Below are positions 20,942-30,194 of a stretch of 57,880 nucleotides of DNA, piece by piece. The translations under genes and the position numbers were made by a program. Positions within the stretch are counted from its first letter, which is position 1. Every line of letters begins with the position of its first letter. Below the pieces are notes generated by a model. It was not told the DNA's origin, did not search any database, and worked only from the letters and a program-made list of their open reading frames with translations. The DNA is from a virus. Taxonomy: Duplodnaviria > Caudoviricetes. The stretch spans positions 1-57,880 of the IMG/VR virus record IMGVR_UViG_3300028043_000002, one strand, 5' to 3'.

Positions 20942-23089
20942 CTATGAACACCGTGAAAACCCACAATCGAGGCATTCTGCACACCCTTCTTTGTGAATTA
21001 GGCGGCCATGTTTGCAGTGTGGACAATCATCATAAACGGCCTCTAGGGTATCCCTTTCCGGATTCAAGTACTGCTCCCAGAGAACTTTTGCTAGGGCATC
21101 ATAGATAGAGAACACCTGCTTACCTTCTGACCAGACAATATCCCGTCCAGCGATGCCAATCAGCTGCTCATAAACATGCTGCGAAGTACCCCCAAATTGC
21201 CAAATGCTACTCACCATGCGTCCCAAAGCTTCCGCATCAGCCTTTTTGTTACCCCCGCTTTTGCCAATCTCTACGAAGCACTCCATGGGTATATTGTTGT
21301 CTTCGTTGATCGTCACATACATGTTGCCCTGCCCCGTCTTCACTCTTTCAGTGAAGCCAGTTAAACGCTTGGGCCGCAACCAACGTCGTGCTTCAGCAGT
21401 TACCCCCCCAAACTTGATAGGTTGGTTAGTTTTGCTGCCGTCGCGGTAAACAGTGACTCCCTTCAATCCTTGTTCGTATGCAGTTTTGTAAATCTCCAAA
21501 ATAGTTTCAACTGTAGTGGTGTGGGGCAAATTGACCGTCGAACTAATCGAATTGGTAACCTGCTTTTGCAGCTCGGCTTGCATCATTATACGATCTAGCC
21601 AATGGATATCATGAGCAGTCTTCCATAAACGTTTCACGGGCTCCGGTACCCCATTAACTTTTTGTAGCGAACCACCTTGGCGTTTGATCTCGTTGATGAT
21701 GTCGGGCGTGAACCACTTTTCGTTGCGATATCTACGCTCAAACTCTGGATGAATGAAGGTCATAATATCGCCAGTATCCGAAATCTGCTTTTCATAGATG
21801 ATGGCGTATAAGGGTTCCATACCGCTGCTGCAGTCAGCCGATATGGACGTCGTACCCGTGGGCGCGATGGTTGTGGTTTGGGAGTTCCTAGTAGCACCTT
21901 CTACACCCCACAACTCCGTCAACTTCTCTGCACACTTACCATAGAGCGGGAATGGCCCAACTTCGGTGGCTATTAGTTGAGACTCGCGCCACGCTACTGT
22001 AGTAATCTTTTCCATGACACGACCACTAAGTTCTCGAGCTTCCGCCGAGTCATAAGGCAGATTTAACACCAACAAAGCATCTGCAAGGCCCATCAAGCCA
22101 ATACCGATGTTGCGAGTTTGTTGCGACACCTTAGCGAAATCGGCGGTAGGAAATGCTGAGGCGTCCAACATACCATCCAACATGCGCGTAGCAACCTTTA
22201 CCGTTTTTTCTAGCTCTAGCCAATCAATGGTATTCCCCTCAACGTGTGCACCAATGTTGATGCTGCCCAAATTGCAACTCCCATGTCCATGAAGGCCTTG
22301 TTCCCCGCATGGATTGCTAGCACGTATTGGCCCTAGTGAGGGAGAGGTATCAAACTTATTAAACCGATCTAGAAAAATTACCCCGGGATCGCCACAGGCA
22401 TGACTACATTCGGCAATCTGCTGTAGAATTTGCCTAGCTTTAACCTTGGTTTTCACCTTACCATCACAAACACCCTTCAATTCCCACATCTCATCATCCT
22501 GCACCGTTTGCATAAAAGCATCAGTAAGGTTAATCGAGATGTTGACGTTACTTAAATCCTCCCTAGTCTTTAAGCTAATAACCTCCAAGACATCAGGATG
22601 TCCTACATCAAAAACAATCATACAAGCTGCCCTTCTAGTCCTACCTCCCGACTTAATGGTGCCCCCCAAACTATTCAAGTGCCGAATAAAAGCGATAGGC
22701 CCCGAAGAAGTGCCACCACTCGAAAGGGCAGCGTCCTTCTCCCGCAACTCCGAAAAATTACCACCGATACCCGCACCTGCCAAGAAGATTTCGGTAGCTT
22801 CATCATAAAACTTTTTAATGGCGTTCATACTATCAGCAATAGGCGACACATAACACGCCGATGAAATTGGCCGCCTACGAGTACCCAAATTCATATAAGC
22901 CGGGGTGTTCACCCTAACTTTACGCTCGTGCTGCACCCGCACCATTTCTTCTTGCCAAGACTCTAAGTCAGGCCTCGCTTGCACGATAGCTTGTGCCACC
23001 CGCCGAAACACTTGGATGGGTTTGGTTTCGCCATCGTCGTAGTACAGTTTAGTGAAGACATAGTGAGCATTAGCACTTAACTTGGACAT
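20942..23089 (-). CDS. nrdJ: Adenosylcobalamin-dependent (class II) ribonucleotide reductase with C-terminal TSCPD/Zn-ribbon domain
   Basis: SACYV, GGRTRRAACM, NPCGEQ, CNLGSIN, TIAPTGTTS, ISSTVN and KGVTVYRDGS motifs; C-terminal EGC..C..CGFSRC. Confidence 0.95.
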   Translation of the reverse strand: MSKLSANAHYVFTKLYYDDGETKPIQVFRRVAQAIVQARPDLESWQEEMVRVQHERKVRVNTPAYMNLGTRRRPISSACYVSPIADSMNAIKKFYDEATEIFLAGAGIGGNFSELREKDAALSSGGTSSGPIAFIRHLNSLGGTIKSGGRTRRAACMIVFDVGHPDVLEVISLKTREDLSNVNISINLTDAFMQTVQDDEMWELKGVCDGKVKTKVKARQILQQIAECSHACGDPGVIFLDRFNKFDTSPSLGPIRASNPCGEQGLHGHGSCNLGSINIGAHVEGNTIDWLELEKTVKVATRMLDGMLDASAFPTADFAKVSQQTRNIGIGLMGLADALLVLNLPYDSAEARELSGRVMEKITTVAWRESQLIATEVGPFPLYGKCAEKLTELWGVEGATRNSQTTTIAPTGTTSISADCSSGMEPLYAIIYEKQISDTGDIMTFIHPEFERRYRNEKWFTPDIINEIKRQGGSLQKVNGVPEPVKRLWKTAHDIHWLDRIMMQAELQKQVTNSISSTVNLPHTTTVETILEIYKTAYEQGLKGVTVYRDGSKTNQPIKFGGVTAEARRWLRPKRLTGFTERVKTGQGNMYVTINEDNNIPMECFVEIGKSGGNKKADAEALGRMVSSIWQFGGTSQHVYEQLIGIAGRDIVWSEGKQVFSIYDALAKVLWEQYLNPERDTLEAVYDDCPHCKHGRLIHKEGCAECLDCGFSRCS

Positions 23090-23121
23090 CGTTACACCTC
23101 TAAGGAAGATTGGGGGAACTT

Positions 23122-23994
23122 CTAAGAAATTGGTTGAAACGCCTTAACCAAGTGGTGCCACTCCTTAAGAACGTTAAACCAACCTTGGGTAGCAGCATAA
23201 TTTCTAGCAGCCGCTACGTCGAATAATTTGATCGGCTGCTGCAACAAGTTTTCGGCAGCCTCTAAATCTGCGGTATTTACCAACTCTCCTAAACGCAGCA
23301 GCTGCCAATTCCGCTGCAAAACCGCTTTATCGGCGATCACTTGCTGCATCCAACGATCTTCGGTATCCATCCCGACAGGGGACCGATCACGCACCAAAAA
23401 AATTAAGTCGGCAGCAAACTTTGCCCACAACTCTTTAGCCCTAACTTCACCAACACCCACCACACCAGGCACTCCATCACTTTTATCACCCACCAAACAC
23501 TTTTGTATCACCATTGCAATCACACCACCAAACTGCTTATCTACCTCTCGCTGCGTGGTACATTTATTATGTCTAGGGGACCACGCCGCGATACCTTCCC
23601 TATCCAAACATTGCCACAGATCATGATCACCACTAACCAGCAAACCATAACGTCTCTGCTGCCAACACCACAACAAGTCATCAGCTTCCAAACCCGGCAC
23701 CTCACCTTGCACCAAAGGCAAATAAACTAATGACTCCCGTAGTCGTTGCCGCAGTTGTGGCTTCTCTTGCCGCCACTCAGGGGGCACCAAACGATTTCTT
23801 TTGTAAGGGTCCCAAAGTTGCCTTCTTCTATTTTTATCACTATCCCAAGCAACAGCCACTCTATCACTACCAAACTCGACCACCAAAGCAGCCAACTGCA
23901 ACCAAAACTGCTGCACCACTTCAGCACCCCGAAACCACAAATAGGTTAATAGATAGTCACCATCTACCCACAACCACTTAGAGTAGGCCGACAT
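23122..23994 (-). CDS. 5'-3' exonuclease / flap endonuclease (phage RNase H type)
   Basis: VDGD, AWD, YKRNR, EADD, SGDHDLWQ and GDKSDGVPGVVGVGEVRA (H3TH) motifs; start placed at MSAYSKW. Confidence 0.9.
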   Translation of the reverse strand: MSAYSKWLWVDGDYLLTYLWFRGAEVVQQFWLQLAALVVEFGSDRVAVAWDSDKNRRRQLWDPYKRNRLVPPEWRQEKPQLRQRLRESLVYLPLVQGEVPGLEADDLLWCWQQRRYGLLVSGDHDLWQCLDREGIAAWSPRHNKCTTQREVDKQFGGVIAMVIQKCLVGDKSDGVPGVVGVGEVRAKELWAKFAADLIFLVRDRSPVGMDTEDRWMQQVIADKAVLQRNWQLLRLGELVNTADLEAAENLLQQPIKLFDVAAARNYAATQGWFNVLKEWHHLVKAFQPIS

Positions 23995-24151
23995 CCTGAA
24001 AAATCCTTTTAAAGCGGTTAAAATTTTCAGGCGTAGAAGGTGACTGCTGCCACAACCCCCAGATTTCAGTTGCTCGAATAGCAATTATAGCATCACTAAT
24101 TGCCCGGGCATTCTGCACATCCTCATCAGTAAGGGGAACCAACTTTTTCAT
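23978..24151 (-). CDS. Small hypothetical protein (57 aa, not in the ORF track)
   Basis: MKKLVPLTDEDVQNARAISDAII...; AAGGAG RBS; ATGA overlap with the upstream gene. Confidence 0.55.
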   Translation of the reverse strand: MKKLVPLTDEDVQNARAISDAIIAIRATEIWGLWQQSPSTPENFNRFKRIFQDVGLL

Positions 24152-24384
24152 GGATGATACTCCTTCATCTTGCGTTCTAACTCCTGAGCTTGTTCTTGGG
24201 TTTGCTTAACCAGGGTAGATAATTGTTGCATACTTTGACGCCACTGGGTATCACTACGCTTAGTAAGGACCGCCATAGCGACCACTACACCCACCAAAAT
24301 TGCCAAAAGAATAATCTGCATCAATTCGATAGTATCATGACACCACTTTACGTGCCACAACCATTTAGACCAGGAGTTTATCAT
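24148..24384 (-). CDS. Small membrane/coiled-coil protein
   Basis: One TM segment plus Gln-rich coiled coil. Confidence 0.6.
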   Translation of the reverse strand: MINSWSKWLWHVKWCHDTIELMQIILLAILVGVVVAMAVLTKRSDTQWRQSMQQLSTLVKQTQEQAQELERKMKEYHP

Positions 24385-24625
24385 CTAAGCGGCGATTAAC
24401 GTCTTTAGCGAGTCTAGCAGCTTCTTCTACCAAAGCCGCCAACTTTTGATGCTTATGGTGGGCGTCCTTATTCATTCTCCGCATTTTAAAATACAACCAA
24501 GTCACCAACCCTAAAGTCACCAACCCTAAAATAGCATCTACACCTACCCACATCAACCGCAAATCTCTAAAATGATCTAACCAATAGAGAAGGGGGTGCT
24601 TAGTGGGATATAGAGGCTCCATCAA
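24365..24625 (-). CDS. Small membrane protein
   Basis: One TM segment with a basic tail; coupled to neighbours. Confidence 0.6.
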   Translation of the reverse strand: MMEPLYPTKHPLLYWLDHFRDLRLMWVGVDAILGLVTLGLVTWLYFKMRRMNKDAHHKHQKLAALVEEAARLAKDVNRRLDDKLLV

Positions 24626-24888
24626 TCATCCTCAGTAGTCATCTCACCGATTTCCAACAAAGGTTGGGATTGCACGATATGAGCTTGAGCTAAAGAAAGC
24701 ATTTGGTAGATTTTAGCGGGATGGCCCCAGAAGAAATATTCTTCTTCCTCTTCCCCCCGATGCACCACCAAACACACATGTTTAACGTCAGGAGCCTTTA
24801 TGGCATTCACGGTTTCCAGGAAAGCCCGCCGTGAACTATCTAACATAATAACTTTAGCTTTAGTCATACTCTTAATTTGTCTCTTCAT
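24622..24888 (-). CDS. Hypothetical protein
   Basis: First gene of the leftward operon; AAGGA RBS. Confidence 0.6.
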   Translation of the reverse strand: MKRQIKSMTKAKVIMLDSSRRAFLETVNAIKAPDVKHVCLVVHRGEEEEEYFFWGHPAKIYQMLSLAQAHIVQSQPLLEIGEMTTEDD

Positions 24889-25081
24889 TCACCAAATCCT
24901 TCAGTAAATCCTTCGCCTAAAAGTCTTCGATGAGTGGGCTAGTGTTTTCTTAAAAAGGTCTTTGGGACCGTTTAAAATGATTTACGGAGGGTCCAGAACA
25001 GTAAGGTCCTATTATCTATTTATTTGTGTAGTAATTTAATATATCTGTGATTTAAGTAACCATTATAAGGGGGTAATAACC

Positions 25082-25858
25082 ATGAAAAACGCGTATTTTG
25101 ACTATCTTAATATCCCGGTTATTTCCCTTGAAAACCTTGATGTTTCCTGGGTTGATACCCTTAGAAACCATGGTATTACCCCCCATAAAGAGGCCCGTAT
25201 TTGGTTGAATTCCATTGGTATGACCCCCAACGATAATCTCGAACTGTTCATAGAAAGGACTATTATAGGGTGTGCCCAACAGTTTAACTTCTGGCAGGAT
25301 AATCCTGGTATGAGGTCTGAAACTGTATGGGAATGGCTCCGTAGTGATTATAGATATATACCTGATAATTGGAATCTTTATAGTATTAGAACTATTATAC
25401 ATAACGAAGTTGGAAAGTTCATCCATGAGAATAGGCCCCTGTATAAGGCTATTAATAGGGCCGAATTCTGGCATGATATGAATAAAGTGTTTAATCCTAT
25501 ACCGGGTTTCTGGGATCCGGTATATAAGAAGGTCTTCTTGGTTCAATACATTCTTACCGACCTCGGTATATGTTTCCGGGGTTGGAAGAACACCGGTTAT
25601 GGTTGTATAGATTATAACCTCCTGATAGTGTTTAAGTATTTTGGCATCCTTGATTTCCCCGATCTTGAGTGGCATAACAAGATCGACCTGGATGCCTATA
25701 GACTGAAAGCTTATTCTATTTGTTATCATACTTGTAAGGTCCTTAATATGACCCCTTCGGAATTGGATGGTTATGCCTTCCTGGGTGGTAGGTACCTTAG
25801 GAAGAAGACCGAGTACCAGGTTAACATTCCTAAGGTTTATAATGAAACCAACTATTAA
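25082..25858 (+). CDS. Queuosine-salvage (QNG1/DUF2419)-like glycosylase-fold protein
   Basis: Ordered motifs QFNFW, DPVYKKVFL, CIDYNL..V.KYFGILDF, ELDGYAFLGGR and terminal ETNY parallel the family motifs NFCFW, DP..KRAQ, ADY.LP..L...G.L.Y, ID..LW..G and T..Y. Confidence 0.65.
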   Translation: MKNAYFDYLNIPVISLENLDVSWVDTLRNHGITPHKEARIWLNSIGMTPNDNLELFIERTIIGCAQQFNFWQDNPGMRSETVWEWLRSDYRYIPDNWNLYSIRTIIHNEVGKFIHENRPLYKAINRAEFWHDMNKVFNPIPGFWDPVYKKVFLVQYILTDLGICFRGWKNTGYGCIDYNLLIVFKYFGILDFPDLEWHNKIDLDAYRLKAYSICYHTCKVLNMTPSELDGYAFLGGRYLRKKTEYQVNIPKVYNETNY

Positions 25859-25872
25859 CAAGGAGGTGTGTT

Positions 25873-26175
25873 ATGGAAGCTTTCATGGAACTGGTGCGGT
25901 TCTTGGCTAAGGCTAAGCCGTGGGATCCGTTCGTTCCCGGCTATGTTCCGTCCATGGACAAGGAGAGGATTGCTGTCTTGGATCTTCTCTTAAATCAGAT
26001 CCATGAGTGGAATTGGGACGGCAGGATCAGCGGCATGGTGGCCGGAAAAGCCGCCATTGGTTTATTGCGTCTGTTCGAAGCAGACTTTCTGACCCCGCTT
26101 CAGAAGCGGGAGTTGGTGGAGTGGTTTGATGGAATTAAGTTGGGCGAAGCCTACCTGAAAAGGTTGGTTGAATAA
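25873..26175 (+). CDS. Hypothetical protein
   Basis: AAGGAGGTG RBS; 100 aa. Confidence 0.75.
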   Translation: MEAFMELVRFLAKAKPWDPFVPGYVPSMDKERIAVLDLLLNQIHEWNWDGRISGMVAGKAAIGLLRLFEADFLTPLQKRELVEWFDGIKLGEAYLKRLVE

Positions 26176-26186
26176 GGAGGTGTTTT

Positions 26187-26441
26187 ATGAAAGGAAAGGT
26201 TTGTGGCCTTTGGTGTGGTGGGGAATTAGTTGTGGAGTTGAATTATGGTTTGGGGGTAGTGTTGTTTGTAAGCGGGGGGTTTGTGGAGAAGTATTATGAG
26301 GAGCTAATAGATATGATGTTTAGTGATGTAGAGTTTGAAGTATTGAAAAAGGGGGAGAGTTTGTGGGTAGTGGAGTTATTTGGTATTAAGTTGATTGGCA
26401 GGGTTTATTTTGAAAGTTTGTTTGGAGGCTTGATTGAGTAA
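26187..26441 (+). CDS. Hypothetical protein encoded by a cytosine-depleted gene
   Basis: AAGGAGGTG RBS; 6 C in 255 nt; no A, P, H, Q or T residues. Confidence 0.75.
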   Translation: MKGKVCGLWCGGELVVELNYGLGVVLFVSGGFVEKYYEELIDMMFSDVEFEVLKKGESLWVVELFGIKLIGRVYFESLFGGLIE

Positions 26442-26458
26442 TTAAAAAAACTAAGGAG

Positions 26459-27808
26459 GTGATGGCCATGAACAGGAAAGCCCTTCGGCGGCAAGTCCTG
26501 GACTCCCTCCTCTTACCTCAGGAGTTCGGATTTCCTGGGCTGCGCTTTCCAGTTTTAGGTGGGCATCCCAACTCCTGGGAGGTGTTAACTCCGAAGCGTA
26601 GCTTCGATGGGAGGGAGGGCTCTTACCGAGCGTGGCATGGCCATGCGAGCCTCGAACTCCTCCCTGGCTACGATTCTTGTGACGAAGAAGACGAGGACTT
26701 TGACGTACCATTTGAAAATCGGGCGATGGCAGCTATGGCGTTGCTTCTTAGAGTAGAATACAGCGACGTCCTGCAATTCGTTAATGAAGCCATCGCCATA
26801 TTCCTAAAGAGGCTCGACCCGGAGGCTTTGCGGGTTGCTCGGTTGTTCAGTATTAGACGCCGCCTATTTGTCCTTCAGACGATTTATGAGAAGGGTAAAA
26901 GGTGTGCACAACTGTTTGAGTCCTTCCCAGTACTAGCCGCAACCATTTACAACGCGTCTGGTGACACGGGGTATCAAGAACTACATACCTTCGTGGAAGA
27001 GGGTTTGAAGGCTTCGGATATTGCCCATGTAATTGATTTACCGAAGTCTTATAAGAAGGTCCCTCACTCAGTAGCTTTCGTGGTAGGAAGACATTTCAAC
27101 ATTTTTAAAGACGTGGTTGAGTTCATGCCCACTCATCCACATGAAGCGGTTTTCTTTGTTAGGGGAGTTACCCACTTCCTTGGAGGGTTTAGTCGCTCCC
27201 CGGCTAAAAGGTGGCTTGCCCAGAACTGGACTAGAATCAGGGATGAAAGGTTTCTCTTTCAATTAGAATTAGAACACCCTCGGAGGATTAACATAGACAT
27301 GTGGGTAGAGGAGTTTTTTGACTTTGTACGTGCAGAAGAATTATACGGGGTTAGGCCATTCAACCCTGACATGTCGGTTACCACAGTGATGCGCCTAGTG
27401 GCAGAGTGGCATGATAGGGTAGCACATGCACGAAGGCTTGAGGAAGAGGAAAACTTTGACAAGGTACTTCGGTTGCCAAGGATGCCCACCTCCACTATGG
27501 AGGGGTTCACCTTTAAGCCTCTTACTACGAGGCGCGAGCTGGACGCAGAGGGTCGTGCCATGCACAATTGCGTCTATTCGTATGCCGAGAGAGTACGGGA
27601 TGGTGACTGTGACATCGTGTCCGTACGTAAGGGTGCTGACCACGTGGCTACTATGGAAGTAGTCCTTGGTGAAGGAGAGCTGCTCGAGGTTGCTCAATTA
27701 CGTGGTAAGCGCAACACAGAGGTGCCTGGCGATGTTCGGCGTGCGTGTAAATCCTGGCTCGACCTTTTAAATCTTAATAGGGAAGGAAAGGAGGATGGTG
27801 ATGGCTAG
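26459..27808 (+). CDS. PcfJ-domain protein
   Basis: C-terminal EWH...PLTT..EL.AEG..MHNCV.SY......AT.E......QL.G..N signature. Confidence 0.85.
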   Translation: MMAMNRKALRRQVLDSLLLPQEFGFPGLRFPVLGGHPNSWEVLTPKRSFDGREGSYRAWHGHASLELLPGYDSCDEEDEDFDVPFENRAMAAMALLLRVEYSDVLQFVNEAIAIFLKRLDPEALRVARLFSIRRRLFVLQTIYEKGKRCAQLFESFPVLAATIYNASGDTGYQELHTFVEEGLKASDIAHVIDLPKSYKKVPHSVAFVVGRHFNIFKDVVEFMPTHPHEAVFFVRGVTHFLGGFSRSPAKRWLAQNWTRIRDERFLFQLELEHPRRINIDMWVEEFFDFVRAEELYGVRPFNPDMSVTTVMRLVAEWHDRVAHARRLEEEENFDKVLRLPRMPTSTMEGFTFKPLTTRRELDAEGRAMHNCVYSYAERVRDGDCDIVSVRKGADHVATMEVVLGEGELLEVAQLRGKRNTEVPGDVRRACKSWLDLLNLNREGKEDGDG

Positions 27809-27992
27809 GAAGATTATCGCCCACAAGGTTTCCTCCCGCTTAGATCGAAAGATCAAAGCTCAAGGGTTTTGGTGGGGTTATGTTTTACTCCGACACCTGG
27901 GGAGGTCATGTAACAACTGCGTTGATATGAAAAGAAGAAGTTTTGGTGACCCTTGGAAGCGGTGCGATGATCATGATGGTGGAAACGTTTAA
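27795..27992 (+). CDS. Small hypothetical protein
   Basis: AGGAGG RBS; 65 aa. Confidence 0.55.
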   Translation: MVMARKIIAHKVSSRLDRKIKAQGFWWGYVLLRHLGRSCNNCVDMKRRSFGDPWKRCDDHDGGNV

Positions 27993-28011
27993 GTAGAAAG
28001 GAGGTGATGAA

Positions 28012-28329
28012 ATGAACCCCCTTCAATCCTTCACCTTAGGGGCTTTGTTCAATGGCAAACTGGAAGTAATAGAAGTTGGGGGCTTACGCTATCTCCGTCT
28101 TGGAAAAGGCATTGACGTGATTGAGGTAGGAGATGTCGATGCTTTGTTAATGAATGGCGTACAAGAGTCTAACCACTTTGGCTTGAAGTTAGACGATGTA
28201 GCTATTTATGACAACGGCCCCGAGATGGAGTTTCTGGGCTTCAATAAGTCTGTTGATGTTTGCTTAGGGGAGCCTCGTGACCTTGATAGCGCCGACCATG
28301 TTATCTATAAGGGAGTAATCCTAAAGTAG
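28012..28329 (+). CDS. Hypothetical protein
   Basis: AAGGAGGTG RBS; 105 aa. Confidence 0.7.
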   Translation: MNPLQSFTLGALFNGKLEVIEVGGLRYLRLGKGIDVIEVGDVDALLMNGVQESNHFGLKLDDVAIYDNGPEMEFLGFNKSVDVCLGEPRDLDSADHVIYKGVILK

Positions 28330-28341
28330 GGAGGGAAGGAT

Positions 28342-28503
28342 ATGACTAGGCTAAGAAAGATTTACGTGGATGGGGTAAAGGGGCACGAAGAGGTTCCTGG
28401 TGAGGTGGAGGAAAAGTTTGTAAAAGACTATAGCTTCGGGATGCGAGACCTTCGCTACGTCCCGGAAGTCAAACCTGAAGAGGAGGGGAAAGATGGTTTA
28501 TAA
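28342..28503 (+). CDS. Small acidic protein (53 aa, not in the ORF track)
   Basis: MTRLRKIYVDGVKGHEEVPGEVEEKFV...; GGAGGG RBS. Confidence 0.6.
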   Translation: MTRLRKIYVDGVKGHEEVPGEVEEKFVKDYSFGMRDLRYVPEVKPEEEGKDGL

Positions 28504-28552
28504 GATCATCTAGGGCTTGCGTCAACAGCCACAATTAAATTTAAATAACCCC

Positions 28553-28592
28553 GGTGGGAGGCTAATAACCGGAAAGGTGAAATAATACCACC
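28553..28592 (+). promoter_or_regulatory. Leader motif A, copy 1
   Basis: GGTGGGAGGCTAATAACCGGAAAGGT..AATACCACC just upstream of the 28614 RBS; repeated at 29245 and 31376. Confidence 0.7.
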
Positions 28593-28613
28593 AACGGGGA
28601 AAGGTGATCTGTT

Positions 28614-29054
28614 ATGGGGCATCCGAAGCAGGGAGATGTCTACATTGTCAAGCCTGGAGTGACAGTTGTCCTCCTTAGGCAACACATGGTGGACTTCTTC
28701 CTGTGTGCTCGGATCAACCCGTTCTTCGAGGGAATCAAACCCTTCGATCTCCTACTCGAAGGAGATGAGTGGAGCTTTCGGTTCCAGGCTCTGTTAGAGG
28801 CATGGAACGTAGTCTCGATTCATCGAGAGGATCTCGAGGTATCGGGTCTGAGCAAGCGGATCGGCCAGGTTAGCCCACAAGTGGTTATCTGGGGAAACGA
28901 GCTGGAGAGAGCTTCTAGGCTCTTCGACGAAGTCCCAGAGCACTTGAAGGAGCACACCGGTTCTCCTTATGAGAAGGTCGATCCGAGGTTGGACGAGATG
29001 TTCGAATCTGATGCTGTCATATGTCAGGTTCGACGTTTGTTCCACGAGCTCTAG
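28614..29054 (+). CDS. Hypothetical protein, possible PemK/MazF-like fold
   Basis: PKQGDVYIV...VVLL...PFDLLL...SIHREDL...KRIGQVS resembles the MazF pattern. Confidence 0.45.
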   Translation: MGHPKQGDVYIVKPGVTVVLLRQHMVDFFLCARINPFFEGIKPFDLLLEGDEWSFRFQALLEAWNVVSIHREDLEVSGLSKRIGQVSPQVVIWGNELERASRLFDEVPEHLKEHTGSPYEKVDPRLDEMFESDAVICQVRRLFHEL

Positions 29055-29159
29055 ATCCGGGGGCCAAACCTGACATCTTCGGGATGTCCGAGTCTAACCC
29101 AGCTTGGGAACAGAAATGGGTTTTTTGTTTTTAGGAAATCGAAGAGGGGGGGTATTGAT

Positions 29160-29237
29160 ATGTCAAGATGGCTCGCATACTTAGTTGCGGTGAGCCTTGG
29201 ATTGTGGGTTGCGTATTGGGTAGTCAAGGCATTTTAA
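29160..29237 (+). CDS. 25-aa single-TM peptide
   Basis: MSRWLAYLVAVSLGLWVAYWVVKAF; G-rich RBS. Confidence 0.5.
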   Translation: MSRWLAYLVAVSLGLWVAYWVVKAF

Positions 29238-29244
29238 TAACCCA

Positions 29245-29282
29245 GGTGGGAGCCTAATAAGCGGAAAGGTTAAAATACCACC
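29245..29282 (+). promoter_or_regulatory. Leader motif A, copy 2
   Basis: GGTGGGAGCCTAATAAGCGGAAAGGTTAAAATACCACC. Confidence 0.7.
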
Positions 29283-29303
29283 AAGGGGGAAAGAGGTGAG
29301 CTT

Positions 29304-29456
29304 ATGAAGCCCATCTGGCAGGTTTGCCCCAGCTGTCCAAAGTGGATGGCTGATGGGCATCTGTTCCTGATGAACCTTTATTGGTACATAAAGGATCGTC
29401 AGGTTCGCCGCTTCCTCTGGATCTACTTCGGTCGCCGTTTTGGTGGCCGTCCCTAG
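29304..29456 (+). CDS. Small protein (50 aa, CxxC; not in the ORF track)
   Basis: MKPIWQVCPSCPKWMADGHLFLMNLYWY...; GAGGTG RBS after motif A. Confidence 0.6.
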   Translation: MKPIWQVCPSCPKWMADGHLFLMNLYWYIKDRQVRRFLWIYFGRRFGGRP

Positions 29457-29487
29457 TTCAAGGAAGCTCTTGGTGATTAACCCTTAA

Positions 29488-29515
29488 GCCTTGTAGGTGG
29501 GTTGGTTAAACCTTC
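29488..29515 (+). promoter_or_regulatory. Leader motif B, copy 1
   Basis: GCCTTGTAGGTGGGTTGGTTAAACCTTC; five copies, each intergenic and upstream of an RBS. Confidence 0.75.
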
Positions 29516-29544
29516 ATTTGGTCTTTAGAAAGGAGGTGATATTT

Positions 29545-29739
29545 ATGGCGATAGAGGTTCTCGTGTCCCGTGAAGAGCAAGTTCCCGAGGGCTTCTGGTC
29601 TGAGGTGACTGAGGCTGGAATCATGGTCTTGGTCAAGACGTTAGAAGACCTAATGTTCCTCCTCATGCACAACCAGAAGTTGTTAGGGAAGCTGGAAGTG
29701 GTTCACCTAACTTCCACCCTCTTAGCAATCAACACCTAA
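29545..29739 (+). CDS. Small hypothetical protein, paralog of 31963..32160
   Basis: AAGGAGGTG RBS; G..V.V.TLE.L..L and LT..L.A.N shared with the paralog. Confidence 0.7.
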   Translation: MAIEVLVSREEQVPEGFWSEVTEAGIMVLVKTLEDLMFLLMHNQKLLGKLEVVHLTSTLLAINT

Positions 29740-29786
29740 CCTGAACATGAACTAAATAAACGCGGTGATGTCGACACCGTAAGGAG

Positions 29787-30194
29787 GTGATTAAAATGAC
29801 TTGTCGAACCCTTCGCATCCACGTCAACGAAGAGTATGGCTATCGCGATTGGATTATCTTCATGACCGAGAAAGAACTTCTTCACTTGGTCAATAATGGC
29901 GGTACGATTCCTGCCGCTCCAATCGATGGTACAACGCTCTTCTTCCTTAGGGATAACCACTACCTCGATGGTGTCCTTTACACGGAGCTTGGGAATGAAG
30001 ATCACGACAATCTTCTAGTCCTTGGCGACCCCCATAAGGACTCCCGACATAAGGTACGTCGTATCCCTTCACCGCCGTTGGTAGGCATTCATTGCTATCA
30101 ACCCCCTATTAAGGGGCGCAATCTTTGGAATCGCTGCGACGATACCCCCGACCGTTGGCAGTGGCATTGTTGCGACGAATTCCCTTGGGCATAA
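29787..30194 (+). CDS. Hypothetical protein
   Basis: AAGGAGGTG RBS (true start may be ATG 29796). Confidence 0.7.
   Translation: MIKMTCRTLRIHVNEEYGYRDWIIFMTEKELLHLVNNGGTIPAAPIDGTTLFFLRDNHYLDGVLYTELGNEDHDNLLVLGDPHKDSRHKVRRIPSPPLVGIHCYQPPIKGRNLWNRCDDTPDRWQWHCCDEFPWA

Noticed and set aside
22540-24620. G-poor plus-strand tracts in the leftward genes
   Set aside because: This is a general coding-strand G>C skew and the proteins still use Ala, Gln and Pro. It is a caveat for the C-free genes but far weaker.
25052-25861. 269-aa antisense ORF over the QNG1-like gene
   Set aside because: It is an in-register shadow caused by the absence of TTA, CTA and TCA codons on the sense strand, and has no recognisable motifs.
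28553-28592. Hammerhead ribozyme or fluoride riboswitch reading of motif A (CUAAUAA...GAAA)
   Set aside because: The essential Gs of CUGAnGA are A, there is no stem II, and the fluoride riboswitch 5' consensus is absent.
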